Assembly (NCBI GenBank): GCA_051294905.1
Contig: CM119373.1
Location: 560,001-624,000, forward strand
Origin: Botryllus schlosseri
Taxonomy: Eukaryota
DNA: 64,000 nt
Direction: 5' to 3'
The notes under the pieces are model-generated. The model was given only the letters and a program-made list of their open reading frames with translations. It ran no database searches and was not told where the DNA came from. Position numbers and translations under genes: made by a program. Every line of letters starts with the position of its first letter. The stretch's first letter is position 1. Shown piece by piece: positions 40,068 through 51,874 of the stretch.

Positions 40068-43000
40068 TCATGATTATACGGAATGAAACACTTAAATGCG
40101 AAATACTGAACAATCATGTATGTGTATAGATTTGACTTGGCGTAATGGGGGCGACGATCAAACTGACCCTTCCGGTATCTTGTGCCTGAACCTGGTATGC
40201 GTCCAAATTCTTGACAATGCGCCGATGTGATCTGTCGAGATTAATCAATCATTCAATGACCTTGTGGGTAGCATTGTGTTGAACTAGTAGTAGGGTGATG
40301 TAGCCTACATGCAGTGTATCTTGACTAACCCCCTTGGGTGGTCTAGATCGAGTAGTGTTGCTTATACATTAAAATTAAATTGTGGTAGATAATTCTGGAC
40401 TGGCAGTTACATGCGTGTTGGAGCCAGTGTGGCTTGACTTGACTCGGGCCACTTTGCGAGGGTGACTTGTCTTGACTCGGCGCTTCGAGAAGTGCGGATT
40501 GACTCGTGACTCAGGCAGAATTTAATAAGATAATTTCGAGTCATCAATAAGTAAATGGTGTTTATTTACATTGCGAAGTGTTCGCCATTATCAGGCCTCT
40601 TGTATGATTGAGTCAATGAATATAATCATGAGCTTATATTCTCACATAGGTGAATGGGTGTTGCACTGTACTATGTGAATTTGGCTTCGTATTCAATCAT
40701 CTGTTTTGGCTGATAACACAGACGGCAGCAAATGTTTTGGATTTAACTTTGTATTATTTATTAAATTCAAGGAAAAAGGTTAATTAATCTGTCTGTCACA
40801 CAAAATGTTATCACTTTGAAATTTGAATCATCATTCGTACTTCAAAAAATTCAATTCAACTGAACTGTGACTTGACTTGACTCACCACCTTCGAAAAACG
40901 ATTGACTCATTGAGCTCAGTCTAGATCAACTATGACTCGAGATTATTCGTGACTTGAATACCAGCACTGAGTACTATGCGAGCACGATCGATATCAGCAT
41001 TTTTTCGGCATAATCAACTCTTTAACTCTTGATTGTTATCTAATTCGGATAAATGGGGGCTCGTCTGTAGTTAGAGCTGTATAATACAACGACTTAAAGT
41101 CATGTCTCTACCTTAAAGATTCAACCTTACTCACTGGTGGTTTAACTCTGGCTTGACTTAGCACATTCAAAATGTCCGGTGACTCAAGGCAGTGAATGAA
41201 TCCCAGCACTGGTAGTGAGTAGTTCAGGAGGTGTATCTCACCGACTGCCGTTAGAGGGGCAGGGTTGCGCTAGAATTCAAGAAAATTGTGTTAAAAGTCT
41301 AGCAAAAATGGCAGTGAAAACAATTGCATTAATAACCATTGGAGAATTATTAGGTTCTGTTGTAGTACCTAGTTCCTGCTGGTTTCCCCCAGGACCTCAC
41401 AGGGGAGCTACTCTTGGCAGCTTTAACAAAATCAGTGGCCTAAAGGGAATGTGACCCTACCCTTCATATGCTGGCGCTTGGGTGAACTTGGCAGGTAGTT
41501 GAGCTTCTTGCTCTCAAACCATTGTGTCATAGATAACACCGACCCTAGCTGAAATATTGGATTTAAGTTGCAGGAAAAATTGGCGTAAAACCTGGAGAAG
41601 ACTTATTTGCAAGGGCATGGCCGAATCAAAGTCAAATAGATTCTGGATCGTTGTAACTAAACATGTTTTTTTTCTAAAAAGAAAAATGCTATCGGTAACC
41701 ATGGGTAACGTTATTGGGGTCATTTCGCATTGGCCCGACAATGTGTCGCATCTTGTAGTCTGAAAAATGGTCTCACATTTCCCCAACCCAATATACCTAT
41801 GCGCATGTAATTGCAAACTTTGGAGACTTCCAGTCCTTTCATTACTCTCCTACTTGAAATGGTTTAACCTGCCTTATCGGACAATTGTACAAGCTCTGTT
41901 TGAAAATTTGGATACGTACACAGCAGGGGGTGATGGGACAGATTTGGTCTTATGGTCTTAGAGTGACTTCTAGGAAGAAAAAGGTAATATGTATGCCCCA
42001 CAAAAGATCGAATATTCCTGTATTTCGAAGTGCTGAAGAATTTTCTGTGCAGGATCCAGGATGCGTTATTTTTTTCAATGAAAATTTCAATTGATGCTGG
42101 CTAGTGCGTAGCGTGTGAAAAATCGGCAGGGCTGTGGCTAAAGGTTGTCTCGCTCTACCAATCTCACCACCTAGAAGACAAATCCTGTGGTGTGAACGCC
42201 ACAGGAGTTCCTGAGGCATAACATATCATTGGTTGATGCTTATGTTGGGTAAATATCCAGTTTATAGACCATGATGTGCATAGATTAGCAAACTTTCTTG
42301 CGAAAATAAGATTAAAAAACCGATACATTAAAATTTGTCTCAGCAAGCTGGGTATAAGCGCTCTTGAATAGCTCTTGAATGTGTCAATTTTCCAGAATCA
42401 TTTTCAGGACCGCCAACTATGCTGCCTCGTTGATTAACAACATTTGCCAGTAAGATGGGACCAAAGATACTGACAGGGCAAGACTGTCGCAATAACCACA
42501 ATATGTCTTATAGACATTTATTAGTCTTGATGCGTTTTGTTAGTCTTGTTTTTGGGACCAAGCAATAGTGACAATTGTATTTGGTCTCAAAAAGCTGAAT
42601 CCGTCTTAATTTTAGGACCTTAATTCGTCAGTGAAACCAAAATTACTGAAAATGAGACCAAATCATCCTCATTTCTTGAATTTGAGACATTTGTAAAATT
42701 TTTGTAAAATATCGGAGAGTTGTAGACACCTAATATGCACTATGTAGATTGCCTTGATGAGGCTAACATATTTGTATAATTTTAAAGTGAGTTAAAATTG
42801 CGGATCGCAGGCGGGAATTCTTGACAACTTAGCACTGGATCAGTTTTTGGGCCCAGTTAATTATGGCAATTTGTATTGATATTGAATGTAGGGAGGACAA
42901 ATCATTGAATTTATATCCAAACGAAATCTAGGCTAGAATTATCCGATCTTCCCTAAATTTTTCTCGTGTTATAGAAGAGAGAGGTCTGGTCACACACATG

Positions 43001-46000
43001 CTTAAATGTCCAGTTCTAAAATGATTTTGTTATATGTCAGGTGACCTATTGCCAATGCCCAGTGCCTTGGCTGTTAAGAAACCTGCTGAATCTGAATTCA
43101 ATCCTGTATGGAATCGGTGTGCTGTGCTCACACTGTATTCTATTTTTTAGGAAAATCATCACTGCTCACCTGATATATCAGGCAGTTCCAATCAGGAATT
43201 CAATTAGGTAAAAGGAGTACTTACCAGGAAGACCCATGAATTTCAGATTGGATCCCAACATAGTGAATATAGGCTGTTGGGTATCCAAGAGAAGTGACTA
43301 ACTAACATTATGGAACCACTTAGTTATGATGATGATCTGAAATCCTGAAATATAAAGGTTATGGAAAAATAAGATAAATTTATATTATCAGGAATAATCC
43401 GGGGTAGTGCCTTTGTTGTAATTTCACTGATATTGAATGGATCTTGGTGATCTAATCGACTAAGGAAAGGTGCTGAAGCGTCCTTAGTCTTCTGTATGAA
43501 AAAATATGTGATATAGCAGTAGAGTTTTAGCAGGGCAGTATTGATCGACTGACCTGATAAATCGCAGCTTGCCAGGGAAGGTGATGCGCGTCTAGTATCA
43601 TAGATTCAGGCTGTGCCATTGTGTTGAGATTGTTTACCGTAAGAAGAACTAAATCAAAATTCTACTTTTACTATGGCTGGCTCGTGATGCGATAAGTTGC
43701 ACTACGATCTGGCTAAAACCCTATGAAATCTCGGTTCATTGTTTGGAATGGGTCCTGCGCGGCTACATTCTGGGTCTGTGGCCCAATGTCAGGCTGGGAT
43801 GACACCGATATACGACCGAATAACCAGAGTTTGAATCCCAGGTTCGCCGTTAACCGAGTTCGCCGTCAACCGCTGGCCATCGGCCGAATTTCCTATGCGG
43901 AAAAAAGATGCGCGTTATTTTAAATATGGCGATATGCCGTTATTGTAACAATTATCGATTGGCCTCGGTACGAAGATATCACTAGTAAACCAAAATGGCG
44001 CCAGCTAATATTTAATGCTAGACTGCTTAGATAGCTCCCTTCATGGGTAAAAGGAAGCAAAGTGGTGGTAGCCGGCCTACTAAACCTTGAGTTGTGACAT
44101 CTTGGAAAAGGGCGCGTGTTCGTCGTATATTTTGGGTTGGCTCGGCTAATTCGCAAAAGAATGAATTGAACTGGTTCTATTGGCCAGGCGGAGACATAAA
44201 TGAACTATCACGTGACGCAAAATAGAATTGGTGGGTCAATTTCGAAAATCATCCAGCGTCCAGGGTCGGTCAAGTCGCTCTGACTGCGGTCGTATGTGCT
44301 GTACACACTAAGATAAGTGGTACCCATGCTGATGTTACCGACCCAGTGAACTTCACGTGCGGTTTAGAGTTAGTTGTGATGGCGAGTCCTCGTTTTGCAG
44401 AATATAGTTGATTGATATAATAAGTGCTTGTTTTGCAAAGCATAATTGATGAGGACTTGCATTGATTCGATTAAAAGGTTGGTTAATTGTGTATTTCATT
44501 GAATAGATTGAGTTCATTTCTCTCTATCGCCTGGCCGACGTATTACTTGAATTTATCCGCCCTAAGTATATGGGGGACCACGCAATTCTCACTTAACCCT
44601 AAACGACTAGGGGTTTACTATTACGTGATTGCTCAGGTGGGGTCAAAATGACCCCATCAGTTTATATGCTTCTTGTGTTACCAACTTCGCTGACCCGCTG
44701 TATAATAACCTCCTACAAGACGTTATAATGAGGAATCTTCTTCTTTTGAACCCAACTGTCTGCCTATTTCAAAGATTCCTCCTCAAGGCATGGCACCATA
44801 ACACAAATGGCGAGGTGGGGTCAGACTGACCCCATCAGATCTGAAGGCTTGTGGTCATGCCTCATTGACTCCATGTGACATAAACAATGCGAAAGAGCCA
44901 TGAGCAGTCGTAATCGTTCCGATTGCAATGAGGAGAAAAGTACTTAGTCTGCCCGCTATACTTTCGAAGAATAGTCTGACACATGCTCAGAGGTGGTCAA
45001 AGTAGTCGCCGTCGCTGCTCAAGTAGAAGTAGAAGTAACGCCGGAATTTCTACTCAAGTAGAAGTAGGAGTAAGTAGGTATTCTACGCATATTTTTGCCT
45101 CCAAAACAGAAAACGGTCAAGTAGAAGTAGAATTAGTCCAAAAGCATAACTACCTAAAAGGTAGCGTGAGTCGGGAAAATCTACTTCGAGTAATTCAAAA
45201 GGTAGAAGTACTCCGTTGGTGACCACCTCTGCATGCTCAATCAATAGCTCATAGCGGCGAGGTATTAGCGATAGTCAGCAACTGTATTATTCTGATTGAT
45301 AGTGTATAGCACCATTTAGGATTACATGGATGGCAAGAACAATCCGACCGCACATGAAAATATGGATCGCGGATTTGTTCACCTGGGGTCAATTTTGACC
45401 CCAACCTTAGTGATGGCGGGTTGAGGTCATAATGCATTCACTATTTGTTACTTACTTCAGAGATAGGGGCGGCTAGGTCTGTATTGAGCGGTATGTGCTG
45501 CGGACCTTTGTGTGGAATCATCGCTGACCATAGCTTTGTCGAAAAACAGCCTATCGTATCATAAGCCCACGTATAGATATCATCATTCCATGACGTTCTA
45601 AATGCCGCAATCTCTGCCTAAGGAAACGTGCGATCACGCCTCGAAAGCTGCTAAATAGGGCAAACGGACTGGTGGTGATTAGACTACCAGACAAGCCGAG
45701 ACAACTAAATTAATAAGGCTATAGCTGATAGGGAATTAGGACAACGCAATAATTCGGCATCCCTGTCTAGCTCAACTTAACGGAAGAAGAATTTGAGTCA
45801 GAATACAGTGAAACTGGAGAATAGCTCTAAAGTAGAAGCTGTATTCTTGTATTTCATTTATTATATACACGGATTTATTATACGGTTACACAAAATTTGT
45901 GTTAAGTTCCAGAAAGTAAAGACATTGTATCGTGATTGAATCGCTAAGTGTGCCCCTGAAATACCATCTCGGGGACTACGGATAGTTCATGTACTCGAAT

Positions 46001-47393
46001 ACAAGGCTGCGCAATTCCCACCTTATATACAAAAATGATTTTTCGAATAAGCATAGAAACTGTATTGTCTTTAGTGAAAGTCCACTCTACGTCTATTGTC
46101 TGTTGTGTTGAGATTATATTAAATCACACGGTATAAATGCAATTGAGGACGCACATTGTAGTGAATGATTTGTTTTAACGCCACAATCATTTACGAGAGT
46201 AATGTGGTCCAATTGCAATAGCCCTTCCGCCCGAAAAGTCGTCACAAGAAGGAGAAGATAGTAGCAAAAAGCGGGTAACTTTCCCAGACCCCCTGCCCCG
46301 TGAAAAACCACCCTATTCTCATTATTAAATGTTTTGCTAATCTATTAATTATATTTGAATTTTTAATTTACTTACATTTTTCCCTTTTTATTTGGTCCTC
46401 GCTACAGTCGGCTCCGCGAGATATTAGTGAGATATCTACGAGACATTTTTAAAACTGTTTTAAATTGCTGCTTATTTATTATATGTATATATATTATATT
46501 TTTTTTTTGAAATCCCGATCGTGACGAACGCACAATACATCAAGAATTTCATATAGATATGAAATTTACTATTATTGACTATATCTAAACCGCAAATGTA
46601 AATCTATGTAGAAGACATACTCCCATGCCTGCCTCTCGGCACCCCCCTCACTCCGTGGATACAAATGGCACCGCTTGGCACTTACCAAATGGTAAGAGGT
46701 GTCTTTTTACGAGTGTATGACGGTTTATATTAATTGAGAGAAATTAAGCCTATCAGGTGCTCACGTAATGGAGTTATGTAGATTGTAGCGGTCGCTGCAA
46801 CGGCTTGTTGCAAGACACGCTGGTATAGTGCTTGATTGGAGTCGACGCTACAGCTTACAGTTCCTGTTGTACGCACTAGTCACTGACTAATGACCGCTCT
46901 GAGTATACTCTTGCAATCCTGATCACACACGCAGATCCAAGGAGCTTTCTTTACTAGCACAGAACAGCCAAATAGTAGTAATTAGTGGTCAGAAACTTGT
47001 AGATTTACCAGGTTCAAATCATACTGCGGTTCGATAAGAAATAGAAAGAATAAATGAAGCGAAATGGAGCCAATTGTCTATCTTACGACTGAAGCGCGAC
47101 CGCGCCGACCTCTTATGCGGGCTCTGAGAACACGTGCGCCGCAGACTAACTGTGTCGTCACAGCTTGTGGTTTCGAGAGCAGGGATATGTTTAGATATCC
47201 CGGTTCGAGAGTGACCTATTTACGCTTTCGCGCACAACGGAATTGGGACAGTCATTTACATAGATAAATAATGAGCACGACTCTCGGCACTTCCTATCCA
47301 GTATAGTACTTTGGTTAACTATGGGAAAACCTCGCCTCCCACTTGACATGTTGTAAGTGTGCTGGAAGGGGTGTGACCGTTGATAATGCCTGT

Positions 47394-47411
47394 AAAAGAA
47401 AGGGGGGAAGG
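47394..47411 (+). promoter_or_regulatory. Candidate polypurine tract (plus-strand primer)
   Basis: AAAAGAAAGGGGGGAAGG, nearly the retroviral A-tract/G6 PPT pattern. Confidence 0.45.
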
Positions 47412-47994
47412 CTGGGATGGAGAGATATATTAAATTGTGTATATACGCGTATTGTATCATAGTATAATACCCACTAAGATAAAAATCCTAAAAAATAAAA
47501 ACCTATTGTGAAAAAAAAATATAAAATGAATTAATCTTGAAATATGTACATAAGATATAAAAACTTACAAAAGAGAAAACTAAAGATAAAGGTTATACGG
47601 AGCATAAAATCATCTTCAAAAAAAAAAAAAACAATAAAAGAATGCCTTTGTGGGGGGCAAGATGTTTCTTTTGCGTTTACTAGGTTGCTTCATTTTGAGC
47701 GCCGTCAGTGGCTGTTTTTTTATTCAGTCCGTGTTGCGCTCAACTGTAAGCTGCCGGAAACTGTTACCGCACGTGATACATGCAGCCGGTTGACCGCAAC
47801 AGCGCTAACATATGAGCTGTATAAAGCATGAACTCGACTTGCTCTGCGTGAAAAAAATACCATAGTAGTTGGACTGGACCTGGGCTTCGCACACTTAGAA
47901 AAATATCCAATCAAGCGAAAGTGGTCGATTTAAACTTTTCTATATGTGCATATTTAAGGTTTATTGCATCGATAACAAACGCTAAAATATTAGT

Positions 47995-48501
47995 ATGTGC
48001 CTGGGCTTGCGTTGCAAAGAACCCGAGACGGAGCACCTAATATCGAAACCTCAAAAAGAGGACTTTATCGATCACGGACTAAAGTCGTTGAAATTTCTCA
48101 TGACAACACAATCGTTAACAGATCATCTTTATGATATATTTAATGACGATTCCAGTCTACGATATCGCTATTGGGAAAGAAATAGCGGCTTCCAAACGTG
48201 CGACAGTGATTGGGCTGGTAAAGAACTCGATGAAAACGAGTGGGAAGATACTTACGCAGGGAGCCTTCATCCTGAAGGACCTCTTCAAATGGCGTTCGCA
48301 GATATCTGCATAAACTGGGTAAAAGCCTTGAAAATGGCGAACCCCGAGTGGGTAGAGATACTAAGTGATGAGAAGACTGAACGTAATCTCGTAAAATGGG
48401 TGATCTTCCCCGAAGTCCAGATTTATGCGTACGCGGAAACGCGTTCACTGTCGCTAGAGGAAGCTGACTGTCACTATATGGCACTGAAAGTATCGAAATA
48501 A
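47995..48501 (+). CDS. Orphan acidic 168-aa ORF, probable accessory gene of the retroelement
   Basis: ATG-initiated, intronless ORF in AT-rich DNA; stop overlaps AATAAA; lies 140 bp upstream of array 1. Confidence 0.5.
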   Translation: MCLGLRCKEPETEHLISKPQKEDFIDHGLKSLKFLMTTQSLTDHLYDIFNDDSSLRYRYWERNSGFQTCDSDWAGKELDENEWEDTYAGSLHPEGPLQMAFADICINWVKALKMANPEWVEILSDEKTERNLVKWVIFPEVQIYAYAETRSLSLEEADCHYMALKVSK

Positions 48502-48640
48502 AGCATTTCGATTCGATAAAATTTATCAAGTGCAGGAATTACGATAGTTAAAAGACCCCCGTATTTATGATAACGAAGATTGTTTGAAATCATAAGAATT
48601 GCGAAATTTTAAATATAAAAATAGGTTTAAAAAACTGGAT

Positions 48641-49088
48641 ATCCGTACCTTGATGTTAGATCCTGGATAAGACGGACAGATTTTCCAAAATGATAAGGAT
48701 AGTATCCACAATAGATGGATGGAGATCCGTACCTTGATGTTAGATCCTGGATAAGACGGACAAATTTTCCAAAACGATTAGGGCAAATATAACAGATGGA
48801 TAGATATCCGTACCTTGATGTTAGATCCTGGATAAGACGGACAGATTTTCCAAAAGTTTAGGGCTACTAATATAATGTACATCCGTACCTTGATGTTAGA
48901 TCCTGGATAAGACGGACAGATTTTCCAAAACGATTAGGGCTAATATAATTAATGTACATCCGTACCTTGATATTAGATCCTGGATAAGACGGACAGATTT
49001 TCCAAAATGTTAAGGACAATATCCACAATGGATATAGATCGGTACCTCGGTGGTAGACCCTGGTGAAAGACCGACAGATATTCCAAAA
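48641..49088. repeat. Array 1: six copies of a 50-bp hairpin-forming repeat separated by 25-34-bp variable linkers
   Basis: ATCCGTACCTTGATGTTAGATCCTGGATAAGACGGACAGATTTTCCAAAA at 48641, 48725, 48806, 48881 and 48958 (0-1 mismatch), plus a diverged copy at 49038-49088. Confidence 0.95.
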
Positions 49089-50824
49089 CGTTTAGGGCAC
49101 TACCATAGCGATTTACAACGTGACTACGTTGTGAATTGCTATGGAACTACATAAGTTGAATAAAAATGAATATTATAACCGGAAATAATAGGCCTATAAC
49201 ATTAGGAATACCTCAGGCCAGTACTGCTAATATAAAGACCTTAGAAAAGTAACCCATGGTTGAATTTGTCCACACATTCGTTTTTCGAAACTGATGTGCC
49301 GATGATTGAGTATGACATTAGAATAAGACCCGCCTTGTATGCACATTCGTTTCACGAAATGGATGTGTCTGACAAGTGCACTTATGGCACCATGATCAGT
49401 ACGTGCATGCAAATTATTGTATTTTGGCAACGTTACGATAACAAATGACGCAGTATTCTGATATGTGTGTATTTAATGTCCTCCCTGTGCGCATTGAGTG
49501 TATCTACAACTTATATGACAAGAAGAGCGTCTCAAAAACATGCCAATGATTTAATGACCTGCTCTCAATAAGACCATAAGACTGAATGAAGTGATGAAAT
49601 GGCATGAGAGTATCGATATGAACTGGACATTCTGTTGGCATTAATGAACGGCTTGGCGGTACCAACTCTAAAATTACTATTCGACAGTCCCGCAAAACTG
49701 CTCCCCTCGATAGAATCTAGGGCTTAATGAAGTCAAATGAACGAGATGAGAAGAAATCCGGCACCATGAATCACTGCTCAGCAAGGACCAGCGAACCAAA
49801 GGTTGGAACGTGCCAAACAATGCCCGCAAGAAGTCGCGTTGAAGACAGCGGAGAAAAGAGGCGATCAAGACGGCTGCAAAATCAAGAAGAGATACGCAGA
49901 AGGATCGTTTCATCAGCAAGGGAGTTGAAGAAATCGGGTTCGAAATAGATGCACAAGACAAAGTACCCAAGCGTACAGTTGCCAAATACGTCCTTTACAT
50001 ACGATGATGGAGGTCGGAGAGGGTGCGTTTGGCGAACAACGACATGAATCTATCTGCGGCATGATGACGAGACGCGTGAGTCATAACAGGACATTGATAT
50101 TTTCACGTGATGGTTACTTTGATGTATTATTGTATAGTGACGCCATTTTGTTCAAGCGCGGCCTTTACTGTATCTTTGATCAATACCATCAGGTTGCTTT
50201 AAAATGGCGCTAACATTTTATGTCGTAGATATGTGTATGGGTTAGTGAACATTTAATATGTGAATAATTGGTTGTTACTACAGTAATATGATAGCGAATA
50301 CTATGCCTGTAGGCTTTACTTAGGCGTTATACACCGACCACGCCCTATGTTAGTGTCGGGACCCTTCACCCTAGCGGGATAGAAGCTTAGGATTAGAAAT
50401 GGTTAGGGATTTCTTCAGAAAACCCGTAAAAGGGACCCTGGGTATCTAACAGTGTTCGAATAAGCAACACCTTTGTTAAGGGTAGTATCATCAAGTGCAC
50501 TTTAATTGGCATATGGCCATGTTAATCGGGTCAACGATACAAAGTCCTTAATGTTGGAACCTCCCGGAGTTACGCGTTATAACTAGCTACGCACCCTTAG
50601 ACTAAGCTAGGAACCTCTACCTTATTGGAGCATGTGTAGAGTTAAAGATTCGTGGTAAATCAGATCTATTATTTGTGAGACACGGTACATACGAATGAAT
50701 AAAAAGCTTATATACACCGATACAAAGGAACCCAGAGATATAACAGATAGTGATTAAAACATTGGATCGTGCATGACTATTGTGATTGAATGGTGTGTCA
50801 TGTAGCGATATGTCATGAATGAAC

Positions 50825-51053
50825 TTTATGGCAGGAAAGGCCGACACATTCATTAGATGTGTAAACTAACCTCGGAGCTGCTTTACGGCAGGACAGGCCG
50901 TCACATGCATTATATGTGTAAACAAACCTATGAGCTATTTTACGGCAGGAAAGGCCGTCACATTATTTATATGTGTTAACAAACCCTGAAAGATACCACT
51001 TCGGCAGGAAAGGCCGTCGCATAGTTTATATGCGAAAACAAACCTTGGAGTAT
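50825..51053. repeat. Array 2: four ~57-60-bp units, each with two adjacent hairpins
   Basis: Consensus tttACGGCaggaaagGCCGT-CACAT(n7)ATGTG-taaacaaacc; units start at about 50825, 50882, 50939 and 50999. Confidence 0.9.
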
Positions 51054-51180
51054 TTAAAATACATTTAATCGTGCATGAATATGAATAGGTTTAAGCTTTA
51101 TCTTGTGTTATAATTGATGGATATTTTATATGCCAATTTAACCGAGTTTTGCTTAGATACCTCATTCTGTCTGCATGATA

Positions 51181-51262
51181 ATGATTGGAGTATTTGGTTG
51201 TATTAAAGGCTTAATTACACGTTATATAAGACTAGTTTAGAACTCTGGACCTAAGGGTCATT
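51181..51262 (+). promoter_or_regulatory. Candidate LTR core promoter (inverted CCAAT, TATA, Inr-like)
   Basis: ATTGG at ~51184, TATATAA at 51223-51229 and TCATT at 51258-51262, about 200 bp upstream of the PBS. Confidence 0.45.
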
Positions 51263-51438
51263 GTCTGATACTGAAAGATACCACTACTGCAACTACTGCT
51301 GCTTCAATCAACACCCACGGACGTCGTCTGGACAATACAGCGCAATAGAAGGTCAACTCCTCACCGCGAAATAATCCGAACCAAGTGTGGACGACTCGCA
51401 TAACAATCGTTATCGGAGCTGCACTATAAAGACATTAT

Positions 51439-51456
51439 TGGAGCCATCGGCGAGAT
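51439..51456 (+). promoter_or_regulatory. Primer-binding site, tRNA-Thr-like
   Basis: TGG-A-GCCATCG-GCGAG-AT has the layout of the reverse complement of CCA, a U discriminator, a 7-nt acceptor strand, a 5-nt T-stem and the T-loop end. The GCGAGAT part matches the T-arm of vertebrate tRNA-Thr(TGT) as I recall it. It lies just upstream of ORF0/gag. Confidence 0.65.
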
Positions 51457-51485
51457 TATTCCGGTGAAAAAACGGTGACCTATTA

Positions 51486-51821
51486 ATGTGCGCGAAGACG
51501 ACCCTCGTGAGAATCGTGCTCGGAGTGACGGTAATCACTTCTGTTATATCTCTGCTAATAACGTTGGCGTCGGTCTACGTACACCTCGTGCCAGTATTCT
51601 TTCCCACGACAAACCCTGAAGGTCTCTCTAACGACGTCACTACAACGGCCGAAGCACTTGCTGTCCCACGTAACGGATTTGCTGTGGCAATCGCCAACGG
51701 AACCGAACCAGTTATCTTCGGAAGGTATTCCGTACCTACAACGCAAGGGCGAGTGATCGAAAACAACACAACCACGTCCGTGCGTAATCTGTTTCGAAAC
51801 GGTACTTCCCATAACCAATAA
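51486..51821 (+). CDS. ORF0: 111-aa predicted type II membrane glycoprotein
   Basis: N-terminal hydrophobic stretch IVLGVTVITSVISLLITLASVYV, then a Thr-rich tail with NGT, NNT, NTT and NGT sequons. Confidence 0.65.
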   Translation: MCAKTTLVRIVLGVTVITSVISLLITLASVYVHLVPVFFPTTNPEGLSNDVTTTAEALAVPRNGFAVAIANGTEPVIFGRYSVPTTQGRVIENNTTTSVRNLFRNGTSHNQ

Positions 51822-51874
51822 AAGGTACGGGACTAAGATTCAGACAATCAACCGTTACATAAAATTTGCGAAAA

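Noticed and set aside
41054..41065. tRNA-Pro PBS (TGGGGGCTCGTC)
   Set aside because: Only a 12-nt match, with no LTR end before it and no gag after it; plausible by chance in 64 kb.
46066..46076. TGTCTTTAGTG as an LTR 5' end inverted to ...CACTATAAAGACA at 51434
   Set aside because: Short gapped match; cannot be validated without the other end of the element.
48641..49088. Bona fide prokaryotic CRISPR array
   Set aside because: Linkers are homologous to each other (two types: tgataagga...atccacaat and cgattagggc...), there are no cas genes, and the context is eukaryotic. Kept as a structured repeat array.
50825..51053. Hammerhead ribozymes (retrozyme-like)
   Set aside because: No conserved CUGANGA core in the units on either strand; ctgaaaga occurs in only one unit.
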